In this document: in pieces, positions 47,434-64,000 of the stretch | Layout: every line of letters begins with the position of its first letter | Numbering within the stretch: position 1 is the stretch's first letter | Notes under the pieces: generated by a model | Databases searched by the model: none | Told to the model about the DNA's origin: nothing | What the model saw: only the letters and a program-made list of their open reading frames with translations | Position numbers and translations under genes: made by a program | NCBI GenBank assembly: GCA_002189035.1 | Contig: NEEC01000013.1 | Location: forward strand, 2,108,001 to 2,172,000 | DNA length: 64,000 nucleotides | Direction: 5' to 3' | Origin: Utricularia gibba | Lineage: Eukaryota; Plantae; Magnoliophyta

Positions 47434-48467
47434 TCTTTCTATTCCTCAAGCTAACCCATAAACTTCTTCGCATATTTAAGCACGAGAAGAGCTCAGCAGC
47501 TACAGTCCCAGTGCTCAAAATGCCACCTTTGAATTTCACCGCTGTAAATTCACTTCACTGGATTCGAAACACAATTCACCCATACAGAAATACTTGTAGA
47601 CGATAAAAGAAGAATTAAACTCGTGGACTGAACGACACCAATTAATGAAAAGAACAGTAAGTTGGATAGTGACAATTTCCACATTCATTTTCAACAGCGA
47701 TTTGAAATGGGAAAGGCGTGTGAGGAGCCACCTCCACCCCATAAGACCTTAGAGTCAACATGACATTTCCCAGCAGCCGAAGCACATGCTCCTCTGTATT
47801 TTTGTAGCTTCTTTGCGCGGAAAAGAAGATACTTCCTTCATACTTACCTCTCCGCATACGGTCCTTCCCTATCCGGAAAAGAATTCTGCACTCTGCATCT
47901 TATATACGGTCACCAGGACGACGAGGAGGAGGAGGAGCGTCATCTTAAATTAATTTCAAAATAAATTATTATTATTACAGCTGATTTTAATAATTAATTA
48001 CATCCACATAATTAATAAATAAATTAGTATTAGAATAATCAACTCAGGAGTCAACGATTTTGGCCTGATTTTTTTTCATAAAGACAAAAATAATTAGTGA
48101 AGGGGGGCAATATTGTCTATTCGCAATAATGAAATAATTATTAAAAAAATCCAAGTGATATGGACAGTGGGCCAGAGCATCCAGGGCTGGTGTTTGAAAG
48201 GTCTTTCTTGGAGGAATAGAACAGAAGATGCCCACCGGCCTGGATCTGTGATTCATGCATGTCCACGACGTATCGGACACGGGAACCCGGGCGGGTCCGG
48301 AATACATGAACACTGTGTGTTTTATTATCTGACTCAAGGAGAAGGGGAAGACGAAGACAAAGACCGGACCTTTTGTCATAAGCTGAACAGTGACCGGAAT
48401 CAAAGAATGAAGATTGTTGTTTATTCCCACAGTTGCAGGTGGGTGGGTGGGTGGTTGCTGTGTTGTC

Positions 48468-51400
48468 TCACTGCTCGCTGAGTTTCCGGATCACGTACGG
48501 AAGTATGCCGCCATGGTTGTAGTATGCAAGCTCCACCTGATCCACGAGGAAGACGAACGGTGCATGTGAAGAATCCAAAAGGGTTGCAAGTGTATGGAGA
48601 AAGGGGATATGCAGGTATACTACCTCTGTGTCAAAACGAACGGTGCATGTGAAATGCTTGCCGGAATCTGTAGAGACGGAGACATCTTGGCCGGGGCGGA
48701 TATCGGCGATGTTGGTGGGGAGAAGGATGGTGTAACGTTCATGCCCAGTTAATCCCAACGAGTCTGCATCTTCGCCGGACTTGAAACAGAGGGGGATGAT
48801 GCCCATTCCCACGAGATTACTCCGGTGTATCCTTTCGAAGCTCTTGGCGATCACAGCTTTCACACCCTGTAGATGGTAAGCGCAAACTGGATTCCGTCAT
48901 GCCGTGGACGGAGCAATGATCGGAGAACGGAAAAGTGGCAGGTAAAGAAATGCAGCTAGGAAGTGTAATGTTAGACGGCTAACCAACAGCATAGGGCCCT
49001 TCGCCGCCCAATCTCTGGAGCTTCCACTTCCATATTCGGCTCCGGCCAAGATGATTGTATTGTGCCCGGCCGACTTGTATTTCTGCAACCGCATGCATTT
49101 TCGTCAGCACCCTGTAACCATGACGACGAGGAAGACAGACCAAAATGGTATAAAGATACACACATACCATGGCAGCGTCATACACAGAGAGCTTTTCTCC
49201 GGTCGGAATGTGGATTGTCTTTGGGGCAACCTCCCCATTCAAGAGCTTGTTGACGAGCCGAATGTTGGCGAAAGTTCCCCTCGCCATGATCTCGTCATTG
49301 CCACGGCGACTCCCATAGGAGTTGAAATCCTTGCGATCCACTCCCCGCTCTGTGAGAAACCTGGCCGCTGCACTATCCTTGTGAATGCTCCCGGCCGGGG
49401 AGATGTGATCAGTGGTGATGCTGTCTCCAAAGTTCAGCAAGCAGTAGGCATCTTTTACTTCGTGTGGGCCGGGAGGGTCCATCGTCATCCCCTTGAAGTA
49501 CGGCGGCTCGTGGATGTACGTAGAGTTTGGATCCCATGGATAGAGCTTCGAAGGAGACACAGGGAGCTCGTTCCACATGGGATTTCCCACAGTGATCGCC
49601 TTGTATGTGCTCTTGAACATGTCGGGAAGCACACTGGATTGAACTGCCTGAAACGGAAGTTCCCAGAAGATTGAATCTTTCAGTCTCCCATTGAAGAAAA
49701 AGAACCAGACATCTACAAACCTCTGCTACTTCTTCAGTTGATGGCCAGATATCCTTGAAGTACACTTCCTTGCCATCTTTGCCTACGCCAATCGGTTCTT
49801 TTTCGAAGTCGATATCGACCTGAGAGACAAAGATGTTGTGATGGATGTAGCAAGGAGTGATCATGGAGAATCTGAGCCATCATACCGTTCCTGCAAGAGC
49901 ATAAGCGACAACAAGAGGAGGGGAAGCTAGATAATTTGCTCTAGTCAAGGCATGGACTCGGCCCTCGAAGTTGCGGTTCCCTGAAAGCACAGCTGCTGCA
50001 ACAATATCTGTACAATAGCAACACATTTGAAGTTAGATCGTTCAGGGAAAGGCAGCAGAGAGAGTTGGTGTTACCATTTTCAGATATAGCAGCGGCAACG
50101 GATTCATCAAGATCACCCGAATTCCCAATGCAAGTGGTGCAGCCATAGCCCACAATGTGGAAACCTTGCTGATTTAAGTACTCTTGAAGCCCACTGTGGC
50201 ATGCAGATGACCCAAGATCAGAATGTGTAGGACATATAAAGGCATTGTTTGCTGATTTACTAGGAAACATGCTGTCAAAAGCTCTCATGTCTCTGAAATC
50301 CAGAAAAAAAAACCCATATATGAGTCAATACCTCTGCTGCAGGTATTTTGTGACAACTCCCGAGCCAGGAGCAAGGCTTGTCTTGACCCAAGGTTTAACC
50401 TGGGAAATGCGAAGATTCAAAGAAGGTTGAGCCAAAAGCTGAATTTAGTCAAGGTTCAGGTTTCTATCATCAGCATAAAAAATGTGGACCTGAAGACCAA
50501 GCTCAGAAGCTTTCTTGGCTACAAGGCCTGCTCCAAGCATGACACTGGGGTTTGATGTATTCGTGCAACTTGTAATTGCAGCGATCACCACACTACCATG
50601 CTTGAGTTCTGCAGATTGCCCATGAAACGAAAATTTGGCAACCTTCCCTTGTTCATTCTTTGGCACAGCAAACCCCTACCTCCCACAAGGATTTTCAGGG
50701 AATGTATAGGACTCAAAAGTTGGAGTTAATGAGAGCAAGGAAGAACAATAGACAGTTGTTCGAAGTGATTCAGCTTCACCTCCCACAGAAGGAGGGACTT
50801 TTTTTAGCAGGGTAACTACAGCTAAATCACTTTCAATCTCCAAAAGCCGGGGTTAGAAAAGGTTGAATTTTTACCTTGAACCCAACTTTGCTGTCAAGGC
50901 AAGAATGCCAGTCAGTTTTCATGTCTTTCAATGGAACTCTGTCATGAGGCCTGTTAGCATACATGAAAATAATTCATTCTTCCAAAAAAAGGTAATAAAA
51001 TCAGGTGCAAATACACGATTCACAAAAAAAAAAAAACAAGAAAAAAACCAACCTCTTGGGTCCAGAAATACATGGTTCAACATCTCCCAGGTCCAGTTGC
51101 AAATAAGATGAGTACACACGTTCTTGTTGAGGCTGTGGACGGAGAGCATGGGATGATCGAAAGAAGATAAGAACAGAGAAAGTATACACAGGAGACCCAC
51201 CTCACTGTAGTCTACAAACATCTTGTTTGCACGAAGATAAGCTTCGATCATTGCCACCTAAAGTCCATAAATGGGTACTTTCATTGAGAAACCAAACCAG
51301 CGTCAATAACATCTACATGAAGTGTACTCACTGTTTCGTCACTTCGGCCAGTCAACTTCAGATACTGTAACGTAACATTGTCCACAGGGAAAAAACCCAT

Positions 51401-53833
51401 GGTAGCACCGTATTCAGGTGACATATTAGCTATTGTGGCTCGGTCAGCCAACGAGATTTCCCCCACACCAGCCCCTGGAAACAAGTAGACATGCAATGGT
51501 GATTCTCTAGCTGAATGTGCGTGAGTCAAGATTCGAAATATTACCATGAAACTCCACAAATTTACCAACAACACCATGCTTTCTGAGCATTTGTGTCACG
51601 GTAAGAACCAGGTCTGTAGCTGTGACACCATTCCTTAGCTTTCCAGATAATTTGAAACCGACCACTCCAGGCAGCACCATGCTCATTGGCTGTCAAAAAG
51701 ATTATTATATTGTCATGCTGTCACCCGCATCTTTGAAAGAACAAGCAATAGGGAAGCAGATGAAGAGCAAGAAGCATAAATTTCAGTGAAAGATACAACA
51801 AGAAATACTAATAAAATTATGAGGAGAGGTTTAATTTAGCACCTGGCCTAGCATTGCAGCCTCTGCTTCAATTCCTCCAACCCCCCAACCAGCTACTCCC
51901 AGCCCATCGATCATGGTAGTATGAGAATCAGTGCCAACCACACTATCCGGATATAGTACGCCATCAGTGTTGAAGACAACACGTCCAAGATACTCAAGAT
52001 TCACCTAAAAATACAGGGACTATAGCATCACCCAGATTACAAGACTACAGGTAGAAATATAAAATCAGTAAAGGGAAAGTAACGAAGTCATTCTAGGAAA
52101 CTCCAGCATAATAAAATACCTGGTGCACAATACCAGAGCCGGGTGGGATGACAAGCATGTTATGAAAAGCCTTAGAACCCCACTTTAGGAACCCAAATCT
52201 TTCTTTATTTCTCTGGAACTCGAGTTCCATATTCGCCTGAACAGCGTTTTCAGATCTTGTAACATCAACTTGGACTGAATGATCAATGACTAGATCTACT
52301 GGAACCTGAATGTTCACCCAGCACGTGGATCAGTAAATACCATATCAAGAGCAAATTGAATAAAATCAAATAAAGTAGTACATACCAATGGGTTGATCCT
52401 TTCAGAATCACTACCGAGTTTGTTCATAGCATCTCGCATGCAAGCAAGGTCAACAACAGCTGGAACACCCGTAAAATCCTACAGAAGTAAATTTTTCCAA
52501 CTGATAATGCTCCTTTCGGACTTTTCATTGCATTGTTGATTTTGATCAATTTTAGTACCTGAAGAAGCACGCGGGCAGGCTTAAAAGGAATTTCCACTAG
52601 CTTTGGTGAAGTATTTTCCCAGTCTATTATCTTTTCAACATCTTCCTTAGTGACTTGGAAGCCATCACAGTTGCGTATTGCTGATTCAAGAAGGATTCTA
52701 ATGGAGTATGGCAATCTATCTGCGGTTACAGAATAAGATTTTATAAATGAGAAACGAAGCTTCAACACCTGAGACTTGAAACAATAGCATCAACGGAAAA
52801 GCATTGCATAAGATAAGACACACAAAAAAAGAATCACACAAACAAAGCATCCTGTACTACAGCAAGAAAGCTCACCTATCCTTGAATCATTTAGAGCAGG
52901 CAAACTGTAAAATTTTCCGAATTCACCACCCCCGGGCTTGGGAAGGCTAGTGAAAATTCCCTTGAAGGCATTTTCCGAGGCTGATACAGCACAGCATACA
53001 GATTTAGTACTCATCAACAACATCTCAATATTAAAGTGGAAATGCCACACCAGCAGCACATCGATTTAGGCTTGTACACAAGATCTTCAGCGCTACTAAT
53101 TTCCTAACAGAAATTGAATTTGACATTTCTAAACGAAAAGTAATCAATATCGCCAAGGACAGCATTCGAAAAGTAGTTAGCACCTGCTCCAGCTCTATAA
53201 GCAATAGCAGTTTACAGTTTCTGGGATTAATCAGCTTGAAGAATACAACGGCATCAGAAATATAGAACCAAAAAAGAAATTATACTACCGCAACTAGTAT
53301 AGAACAATAATACTTCGATGTCAAGATTCCTTAATCCAAATCATGGCCAGAGAAGTGAAACGAATAGCAAAGGAAGTAGGAATTACAAACGCATCAAACC
53401 CGAAAAGAAAAATCTCAAAAAATTAATATTTACATTAAGGCCGCTAAAGAATAGATTTTGCGATTAAGACAGGCATTTGCCGGTGTGATGGCCTACTCGA
53501 ACATCAGCAAGTCCGCAGATCAAAAGGCTAGAAAAAGTACTAACCCAATGTTGCCATCTTGCGATACAACGGGGTATCGGAAAAAGCAGAGGCGATTCTT
53601 ATCTGAGCCGCGAGACTGGCCGGAGATTTCCAATCAACGCCGTATCTCCAACCCGCCGCCGATAGATAACTCAGCGATCGGAGCTGCTGCTGATTCTGCT
53701 TACCAATACACCGACCAAGATGGGGGGATGAAACGTGCTCCCCAGACTCAAAAGAAGAGACCCTTTTCGCCGCGCCGGAAGAACTCCTGAAACCTCTCTT
53801 GAGGAGAATGGATGCACTCCTTCTTATATACAT
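48468..53833 (-). CDS. ACO: Aconitate hydratase with an N-terminal mitochondrial-type transit peptide (ACO2/ACO3-like)
   Basis: 20 GT-AG exons read in phase from ATG 53833 (MYIRRSAS..) to the stop at 48468. Fe-S ligand motifs [13 protein letters not shown] and [12 protein letters not shown]; [12 protein letters not shown] and [12 protein letters not shown]. Confidence 0.95.
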
Positions 53834-54915
53834 GATTGGATTCACCAGAGGCCGACAGTCACATTCAATGCAACAGAAAACATCAAATGTTAAAAAAAAG
53901 GAAGTGGATCACGCGATGACTGGATAAATTCACTAATCTCTTGGGTTGAGCGCCGGAGGGCGATCCAATGAAACGGCGGATTAGAGGAGAAATTGGAGCT
54001 TGTGGGGGACACGGAAACGACGATTAGCAACCTTGACAAACTTCTCTGCTGCTTTTAAATGGGACAACGTCCACGATAGCGGCTGCTGATTCTCAAACTG
54101 AAATATCTAAAAAACTCGAACAGTGGAATTGGTCCCCGATCCCCAATATCGCCTTGATTCGTCGTCCTCTGCCCTACACTGCTTTTTCATTAGTAACGAA
54201 GAAGATTTTGACTTCGCATCGGAAACTTCAAACAAAGTAAGGCTTTCCGGTTTCCACTTTCACATTCCGCCTTGAAAAATTCATATCTGATGATCAGCAA
54301 AAGGTAGCTACCATTTTCCTTTCTTCCTTCTCTCCCAGACGAATCATGTTGATCTCTCTTGCATTTCACCCCTTTACCGACAACGGATAGTCATTGAAAG
54401 GGACGTGTTAAACTCAAAAAATGTTTCGTCAATGGCGTGAATCCGTTAACCACTCGTTCAATTCTTCTCTTTTTTTATTTGCCAGCTTCAAGCAGAGGAT
54501 AATCGCCATGTCAACTCATCGGCGCATACATTGAATCAGGAATGTACTCCATTGATAATCAAGTTCTGAACTTTTCCCTGAGGCACGGCGACAAAGGATC
54601 TTAAGATACAACTTTGGACCGATCCCATGAAAGAAGGATAAAATCTCTCAAATATGTTCAGCCCACATTACATTTAATGGATCACTGATCATTAACACTT
54701 GTTTGATGTGCAAAACTGGAAGATTTTCTTAAGAGTGCTTGATGTTCATCTTCTAGTGCTTGTGAAAGAGAATTGTTTGGATCGCAGAGATGTTAGCCTG
54801 TACGTAGCAAGTTCGATGTACATGAAAAGAGTCAGTTCTATATACATTTGCTTCTGAGTTTCTCTCTAACTGCAACGTTGGTGTTTCTTTCTCCAGTTTC
54901 CATCTTGAATTGATC

Positions 54916-55889
54916 TCATCTTCTTCTTCTTACTGATACCCAGCTCTCTTCCCATTCCCAATGCTTGCTTTCTGAATCTACGGATAACTCCTCCATCCTC
55001 TGTGATGGGGATTTCTCAAGATCCTTGCGGTTTTTCTTCTTGGGAAATTGCAAAACTTGTTCTTCAATCGAGCTCCAAATACTGTGATCAAGAATACTTG
55101 TTGGGGATGTCGTTTCATCAGGAATTACAGTAGCTTCGAAATGATCAAGAAAGGGGTGTTGCAGGAGATCTTTTGCGGGCCATCTCTTTCTCGGATCAAC
55201 TATTAAGCACTTGCTTAAAAAATCCCGAGCTGAATCTGATAACAGAGCCGGGAAATGAGGCGCCATGCCGGAAAACGCGATCTCGTGAAGGCCTGATTCC
55301 GGCCACGGCGAGTTTCCCGTGAACATTTCAATGACCGTACACCCCAGAGCCCAAATATCAGCTGGCCACCGTTGCTCCTCCCGCGCGCCACTTCCGGCGC
55401 CATAAACACCGGCGTTCCCCCAATCGCAGCCGAACCCTCCATCTTCGCACACCCGAAGTCCGCAATTTTTGCACCGTGATTCGACAACAGCACGTTACTC
55501 CCCTTGATATCACAATGCACGATTCCCCTGGAATGCAGATACTCCAGACCCTTCAAAATCTGAGACACATAGCATCCAATCATAGCCTCATCCATACCCC
55601 CGCCGGAGCGGCAAACCGCCTCCGCAAGAGTCCCTCCGGCGACGTACTCCATCATCAGATTAAACACTTTCTCACCGTTCTCTAAACTGGCACCGCTTCC
55701 CAGGTAGCCAACTACATACGGACTTTCCAGAGTCGAGAGAATCAAAGCTTCCCTCTGAAGATCACCAGCCCGACTCATCTCTACAGATTTCACCGCGAAA
55801 ACTTCACCGGAGTCTGGGAAACAGGCAAGCGAGACGGCGGCGGTGGCTCCCCGGCCAATGATCCGGCCTCTGTGCCACTTGCCCAGCAT
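54916..55889 (-). CDS. MAPKKK18: Intronless MAPKKK17/18-like kinase with one apparent frameshift
   Basis: GRGATAAV, AVKS, HCDIKGSN, DFG and MAPEVARG, then a switch of frame to EQRWPADIWALGCTVIEM...DFLSKCL. One G is missing from the G-run at 55380-55382. Confidence 0.82.
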
Positions 55890-56407
55890 TCCACAGGCTC
55901 CTCCTATTCCTCAGAATCACATACTCCCACCACGTTTCCACATCATATATATATAGTATACATATGCGACTCCATGGACGCTGATGTGTCAATATTCTGA
56001 TTGATGTACGTACGCCGACGCCCTCAGAAAAGATAAGGTGGCGTAGCAGCCACGGTTTCTGAGGTGTCGAAATCTGGTTGGCAACCGGTGGCTGTAGGTG
56101 GAAGACGTGCTGACGTTTTCATGGCTATGAGCTCCTCGCCATCCGCCAACCCGAAAGGCCTGGCCTGTCTTTGCTCCCCAGATTACTCCATTTTTTCCCT
56201 TTTTTTCTGGCACAGAAAATCAGCAGCCTCCCAGTACACTCGTCGGCGTCAAACCACGCGGTGGTTTGATATCAATCATTATTCTTCTCACCTACCAGAG
56301 CAGTTTGGGGAGGAAGACATTGCGGCAAACTTGTCAAAAGCTAGTTATAACTGAAAGTTTTTTTGGTGCGCTGTCGTTCTTTGGGCTGGGGTCGTCGGTT
56401 CAACACC

Positions 56408-56473
56408 TTTCCGACGAATCCTTAATGCCACGCCGGCCACCGGAAAATCTCATTTCCGACGAATCCTTAATGC
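56408..56473. repeat. 21-bp direct repeat TTTCCGACGAATCCTTAATGC x2, 45-nt period
   Basis: Copies at 56408-56428 and 56453-56473. Confidence 0.75.
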
Positions 56474-56686
56474 AACCGTGGCGATCGGACTACGGGTTAC
56501 TGTAAAACTACTGATGATGAAAAGTTTGAAACAGAGACTTAACCAGTTGTATTCTAAAACCACAACTGACATGGAGAATAACATATGTTCCAGACTTCAT
56601 AGTTAGCCGGAAAGAGCATGCCCTTTCCAGTTCGCACATATACTACATAGCATAGTTTTTCAGGGCTCCATCGGCATAACAGAGAT

Positions 56687-59443
<2,757 letters not shown>

Positions 59444-60145
59444 TTAAATAGAACAATCAACGAACGAAAACGTTAGCATCTCATCACAAGCTCAAATTCA
59501 AATCTTTCTCCCCTTCGGAGTCCTACACAAATCGGGAAGCGCACCCACAAACTACCCGTTATAGCTTTTACTAAAAAATCCACCAAAACCCAAGAGTCTC
59601 ACCTTGGAGCAGATGAGACAAAACCCAGAATCAGGCAGAGGGACGATGAATGGCCAATGGCGCTGAGGACAAATCAACTCCCTAATTATCCAACTTGTCG
59701 TGAAATCATTAACAATAAGTTGAATTTACCCCTTTGAACAACCATTAAAAAAAAAAATCTCTTTTCGTTTCAAATTTCAAAGTGATTTTTTTATTATCGA
59801 TATTAGCTAGTAATCCTGTAAAAAAATGAATCAAAATCATATAATATTAAATGAATCAAATCGAATTCAATAATTTTTAATTATATCGTAAATAATTGAC
59901 GTATTGATGAATTTCAATTGAACATAATGTAAAACGATAAATTGAATTCATATTATTATCCTTCCAGATCCCTTAGTGGGCTAGCAGCTCATTGGGTTCA
60001 ACTGTCCCACAGAAGGGAAGAGGAGAGAATGCTTCAGTTCCTTGTTTCTTGAAACACATGCAGTGGAATACCACTGAGAGTAAATCATTCCCATGCGGTT
60101 CTGTTGAGTACAAAAATAGAAGAAGAAGAGAAGTGGCGAGGTCAG

Positions 60146-60837
60146 TCATACCGATGAAGTCTCCTCCTTCTCCCCACCCAAGTACCTGTGAGAAAAGCAA
60201 CAGCACATGACACTTGGTCGCAGGATTCATCTATTATCAAAATGTGTGCAAAGGTTAGTGCAACAAGCACATGTAGCAAAGCATCTTCAAGACGATACGT
60301 GAGAGTTGATAGAGTTCCAATTTTAGCTGGATTTTCCAACTTTGTGAATCTGGAATGATTTCTGTGTTCCCCAACAGCGAGAAATGAAGTTTTGGAACTT
60401 ACCCCTGATTCTTGGCCCAGCGGGAGATTTGATAGAGTTGCACTGTCTCCTTGGACGCGTGGCAAGCAAGTAGGAGAAAGTTGCGAGGCTGAACCATCCA
60501 GGCGAACCTCATGAACAAACCGGAATAGATGCACATTGCTGCAGTTTTGTCAGAATGAGTTGACATAAATTAGACAAGGGGGAAAAAAATAGCAGTTGGA
60601 AACATCTGAAATAAACCACCTCCAGTCATGTTTCCAGATATCATTTCTGGAGGCTTCTTCATGTCCACCAGGCCCTGAGATGCAAGTTTACCAATATTAT
60701 GATCACACACACAGAGCGGGACAATCTAGGTTGGCACAATACCGCGATTACAAACCCCAGTTAGCCACAGGACCCCAGAAATGAGTTGTCTTAGGCCCAA
60801 CTGGGCTGTTCAGAAAGGCCTTCAATGAAGAAGCCAT
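60146..60837 (-). CDS. MPC1: Mitochondrial pyruvate carrier 1; one apparent frameshift
   Basis: Exons 60837-60743, 60674-60620, 60538-60402 and 60185-60146: MASSLKAFLNSPVGPKTTHFWGPVANWG[FVIA]/GLVDMKKPPEMISGNMTG/AMCIYSGLFMRFAWMVQPRNFLLLACHAS.. One T is missing at 60752-60754. Not in the ORF track. Confidence 0.87.
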
Positions 60838-61849
60838 AGATAGGTAGGTGCAGGTGCCTTATATAAACCTGCATTAACAAGAAGACCGAAAATCCGTGAG
60901 GACATAGACGCCTATGAAAATATGGACATGCCAGTACCATATCCCAATGATGCGAGTTATCATACTTCGACAAGAAAAATAAGAAACGTACAGACATTTG
61001 TATATCAATAAAACCTCGGACGTCATCATTATCGTTACACACACTGATCTTAAGGGCAATCAAATGCACAGAAATTCTAAAAGATCCTCTTTTTACAAAA
61101 ATATAAATGTGCTTCAGACTTTCCAATGTAGTATCAGTTCTAAACATGTGCTACACCAACACTTCGAGTGTGGAGATGTGTCAACGCTGTGTAGCTGCAC
61201 AGATCATTTACGTAATTGCGATTGAGCACGAGCAGTAAACGATAGAAGAAATCACATAGTTCTAAAAATCAAAACAGAATGTGGTATCGATCCATCTACA
61301 AAGTAAATACAGTTCAACAAATTCGGCCGTATCCGATCACAGCACAAAAAGATTCACTCAAATCACGCATCAAAGAAGAGAACGGCGAAAACTAACATCG
61401 AAGCACCACCAACATTGCAAAGAGCGATCTGCAAATCCTAGCCCTGCACTATCACATTCGAAGAAAAATTCGTAGGAGAAACCCCTTACTCTCCTCTGTA
61501 TCCTCTTTCTTCGCTACAGTCCCCTCTAAACTGAAACGAGGGTTCTATTTTTTTTAATATAATTGAAAGTTTGTTTTAAGCCCTCAACTTTCTAAATATT
61601 TCAAAAAGAACCTTTTTATTTGTGAAAAAACCCCCCGAAATATGTCAAATTTTCATAAAGCAATTATTATGTCCAAACTGCAAACTACGAGAAACATAAC
61701 GAATGTTCCGACAGTAGAACGAAGTATAAGGGACTTCTTTTCTGTATATTGCCGTTGCATGTAATACACATTATTCCATGGCGTGCTCCCACTCGTACAG
61801 AGAGGAAAAACAGCTCAGACTCAAGTCGTCCTCGATGCATGTCCGGTCG

Positions 61850-63807
61850 TCAGTTCACTTGAAAATTCGAGGTGTTAAGTTTACTGCTTCCTGTATTCGT
61901 ATTATTGTTTCCAATGGTGGTCGCGCTGCCGTTGTTGTTTCCGGCGGATGCTCCGATGTTATTGTTGTTGCTGTTGCCGCTGCCGTTGTTTTGGCACGCC
62001 ATGAGGGACGAAATCGCAGCCGCTAGACCTGCTGTGAAGTTCGGATCCGTCGCCAACGCATTGATGGTGTCGCTGATATGAGGCTCTTGAGCTTGATGTA
62101 GCTGGTGGGTGCCTCCTTGCTCCATATCTTGCGACAGTTGTACGCCGGAAAACTTCGATTGATTTTGCAGTGCTTGCCCGAAGATTTGAAACAAAAGCGC
62201 GGACGCCGGGCTTCCGGGCTGCGCCGGGGGGAGGAAGGGGATGGGGAATTGGTTGGCGGGCCGTGGGATTTGTAAAGGGTTGGGGTTTTGCGTAAGGTCT
62301 AAGGTGACCGTCGGGAACGGAGCCGAAGCCGATATGGTTGCCATGCTTGAGGAGTATGGGAAGAGGTTTCGCGCTAGGAAGTTGGAGTTCATTAGGCCGT
62401 CGGAGCTCGGCATCGACCCGGAAAGAAGCATTTTCGCCGCGGAGGAGGTTGTCGACGCCATCGCCATGGCCGCCGGCGGCAAGGGGTGGTTGTGGTTGCC
62501 CTCGTACGTGGTGATCAAGACGCTTCTGTCGTCCGCACATCTTTGAACCTTCAGCAGCAAAACTCGATCAGTCAGTATCTCGTTTTGATGCCTCAAAGAG
62601 CAACACTAAAATCACTGTCTACATCTGCTTCCAACGTAAAGAGAAAGTGTACTTGTTTTCGGACCGGGCAACCGGCGGACATCGTGCACCGGTAGTATGC
62701 ACGGGGACAAGGGTTCCCCTTCGCCATCTTCTGTCCGTACTTCCGCCATTGGCATCCATCCGTGATCTGAACACAATCCGATCGACCGTTTTTTCATTCC
62801 GAAGATCGTATGATCGGAAAAAACAAAAAAAAACAGTCAAACTTCACCTACCATGGGAGCCTCGGACCTTGCACGAACAGAGACGCGAGCCTTTCTCATA
62901 GTAGCCTCAGCAGCCTGATCTCCGGCCTTAGGAGAGCCACCGCCGAGCCTGGGTATCTTGCTTTCCGGGCTCTGGTTGCCCAGGCCGCCCCCGATGTCTT
63001 TATCTCGCGGAGGCGGCATGTCGTGGCAACTCCGATCCTCCTCCGGCGAAAGCGAAGCATGGTCCGGCGCTGCAAGCCCGAGATCCATGAACTGTCGCGG
63101 CACCAGGGCGCCATTCCCATGGCTGATGATCTTATGCTCCTCTTGCTCCTCATCACCTTGTTTGTGCACCACGTTCAGCATATGCATCCTCAGCCCATTA
63201 TAACTGGACGTCACCTGGTTCAGCATCTCCTTCAACCTCTGGTTCTCCCCGTTGAGCTTCTCCATCTCAGCTCTCAAAGCAACAATCTTGTACGCCGGAA
63301 AACTTGCAATGAGAACACGCACGATATGGAATTCATACCGCGCTATAAATTATTACCTCGCGTTTGGACAAGGCGAGATCCTTATTCATCGAATCATCAT
63401 CCTCCTCGACGATGGATTCGTCGCTCCCCGTGGTTAAAAGATGCAAACCAGTCTACGATTAAGATTCAAACACGGGTGATGACACAGTCCGGTGACACCC
63501 CAAAAAATGTAACCAGAAACACAAACCATACATTGACTTTGGAAGTGGATTTCATCTGCATCCTCCGAGCATCAAGATCATGATCGTGCTCCATCCCGCG
63601 GTCCTTGAAGAAATCCATTTCGTCCATGATCTTGGTCCTCTCCGTCGACCCCTCCGGCAATCCAACCGAAAACTGAATAGTGGGAGAGGGGGAGGCTGCC
63701 GCCATGGATGACAGGAGGAAGAATGGAGGATGATGGGTTTTGGCCTTGGAGTGATGAAACAGCGCGGTCGGGTCCTGATGAAAGGTAAGTCCACTGGATT
63801 CGGCCAT
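61850..63807 (-). CDS. WRKY6: WRKY transcription factor, group IIb (WRKY6/31/42-like)
   Basis: Exons 63807-63532, 63452-63357, 63286-62852, 62766-62653 and 62548-61850. Leucine zipper [86 protein letters not shown] and [14 protein letters not shown]. In-frame upstream ATGs exist, so the start is not certain. Confidence 0.92.
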
Positions 63808-64000
63808 TGATAAAGGATGGCCAAAGCAGGAAGAAGAAGAAGAAGAAAGAGTAGAATCAAAGGACTCGGCTAGAAACAAGGATGGAAGTTTTGAGTATTT
63901 CTTTCGGGTTTTTGCTCCCGATCTCGGAGTAGAAAATGAAGACCAGAGCAACAAACAGAGCATAAAAAAAGGAAGAGGAGTCATGGATTTTCCCCAGTGA

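Noticed and set aside
54060-54900. Possible small spliced transcript between the aconitase promoter and the MAPKKK 3' end
   Set aside because: Splice-like sites exist but no recognisable ORF or RNA family.

Overview
Gene-dense nuclear DNA from a flowering plant with a compact genome: short introns, GC-rich exons and AT-rich spacers. No rRNA, tRNA or CRISPR array is visible. From left to right the window holds: the 5' end of a GH5 mannanase, a MYB41/74/102-type gene, a GPI-anchored SPARK protein, a petC (cytochrome b6f Rieske) pseudogene, CYCD6, a TFIIE-alpha pseudogene, XTH9, a BTB/NPH3 protein, VCC (DUF1218), a PPR relic, a CCCH zinc-finger gene, four tandem class III peroxidases with a START-less HD-ZIP IV gene among them, TMEM97/EXPERA, GLR3.4/3.5, aconitase, MAPKKK17/18, phytepsin, MPC1 and a group IIb WRKY. 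Exon structures were worked out by hand from splice sites and from family sequences recalled from memory; no database search was run. Four observations stand out. (1) The petC copy is dead although it sits at what appears to be its ancestral position. (2) Three of the four peroxidases share a remodelled distal haem pocket (HRP-C numbering N70D plus R75S) and a conserved W-box promoter module. (3) A 161-aa HD-ZIP IV gene looks intact but ends before the START domain. (4) Three 1-nt homopolymer deletions between 55.4 and 60.8 kb frameshift MAPKKK, phytepsin and MPC1, and are most likely assembly errors. I did not find proof of a wholly new system. The divergent peroxidase clade and the truncated HD-ZIP IV are the best candidates for novel function.
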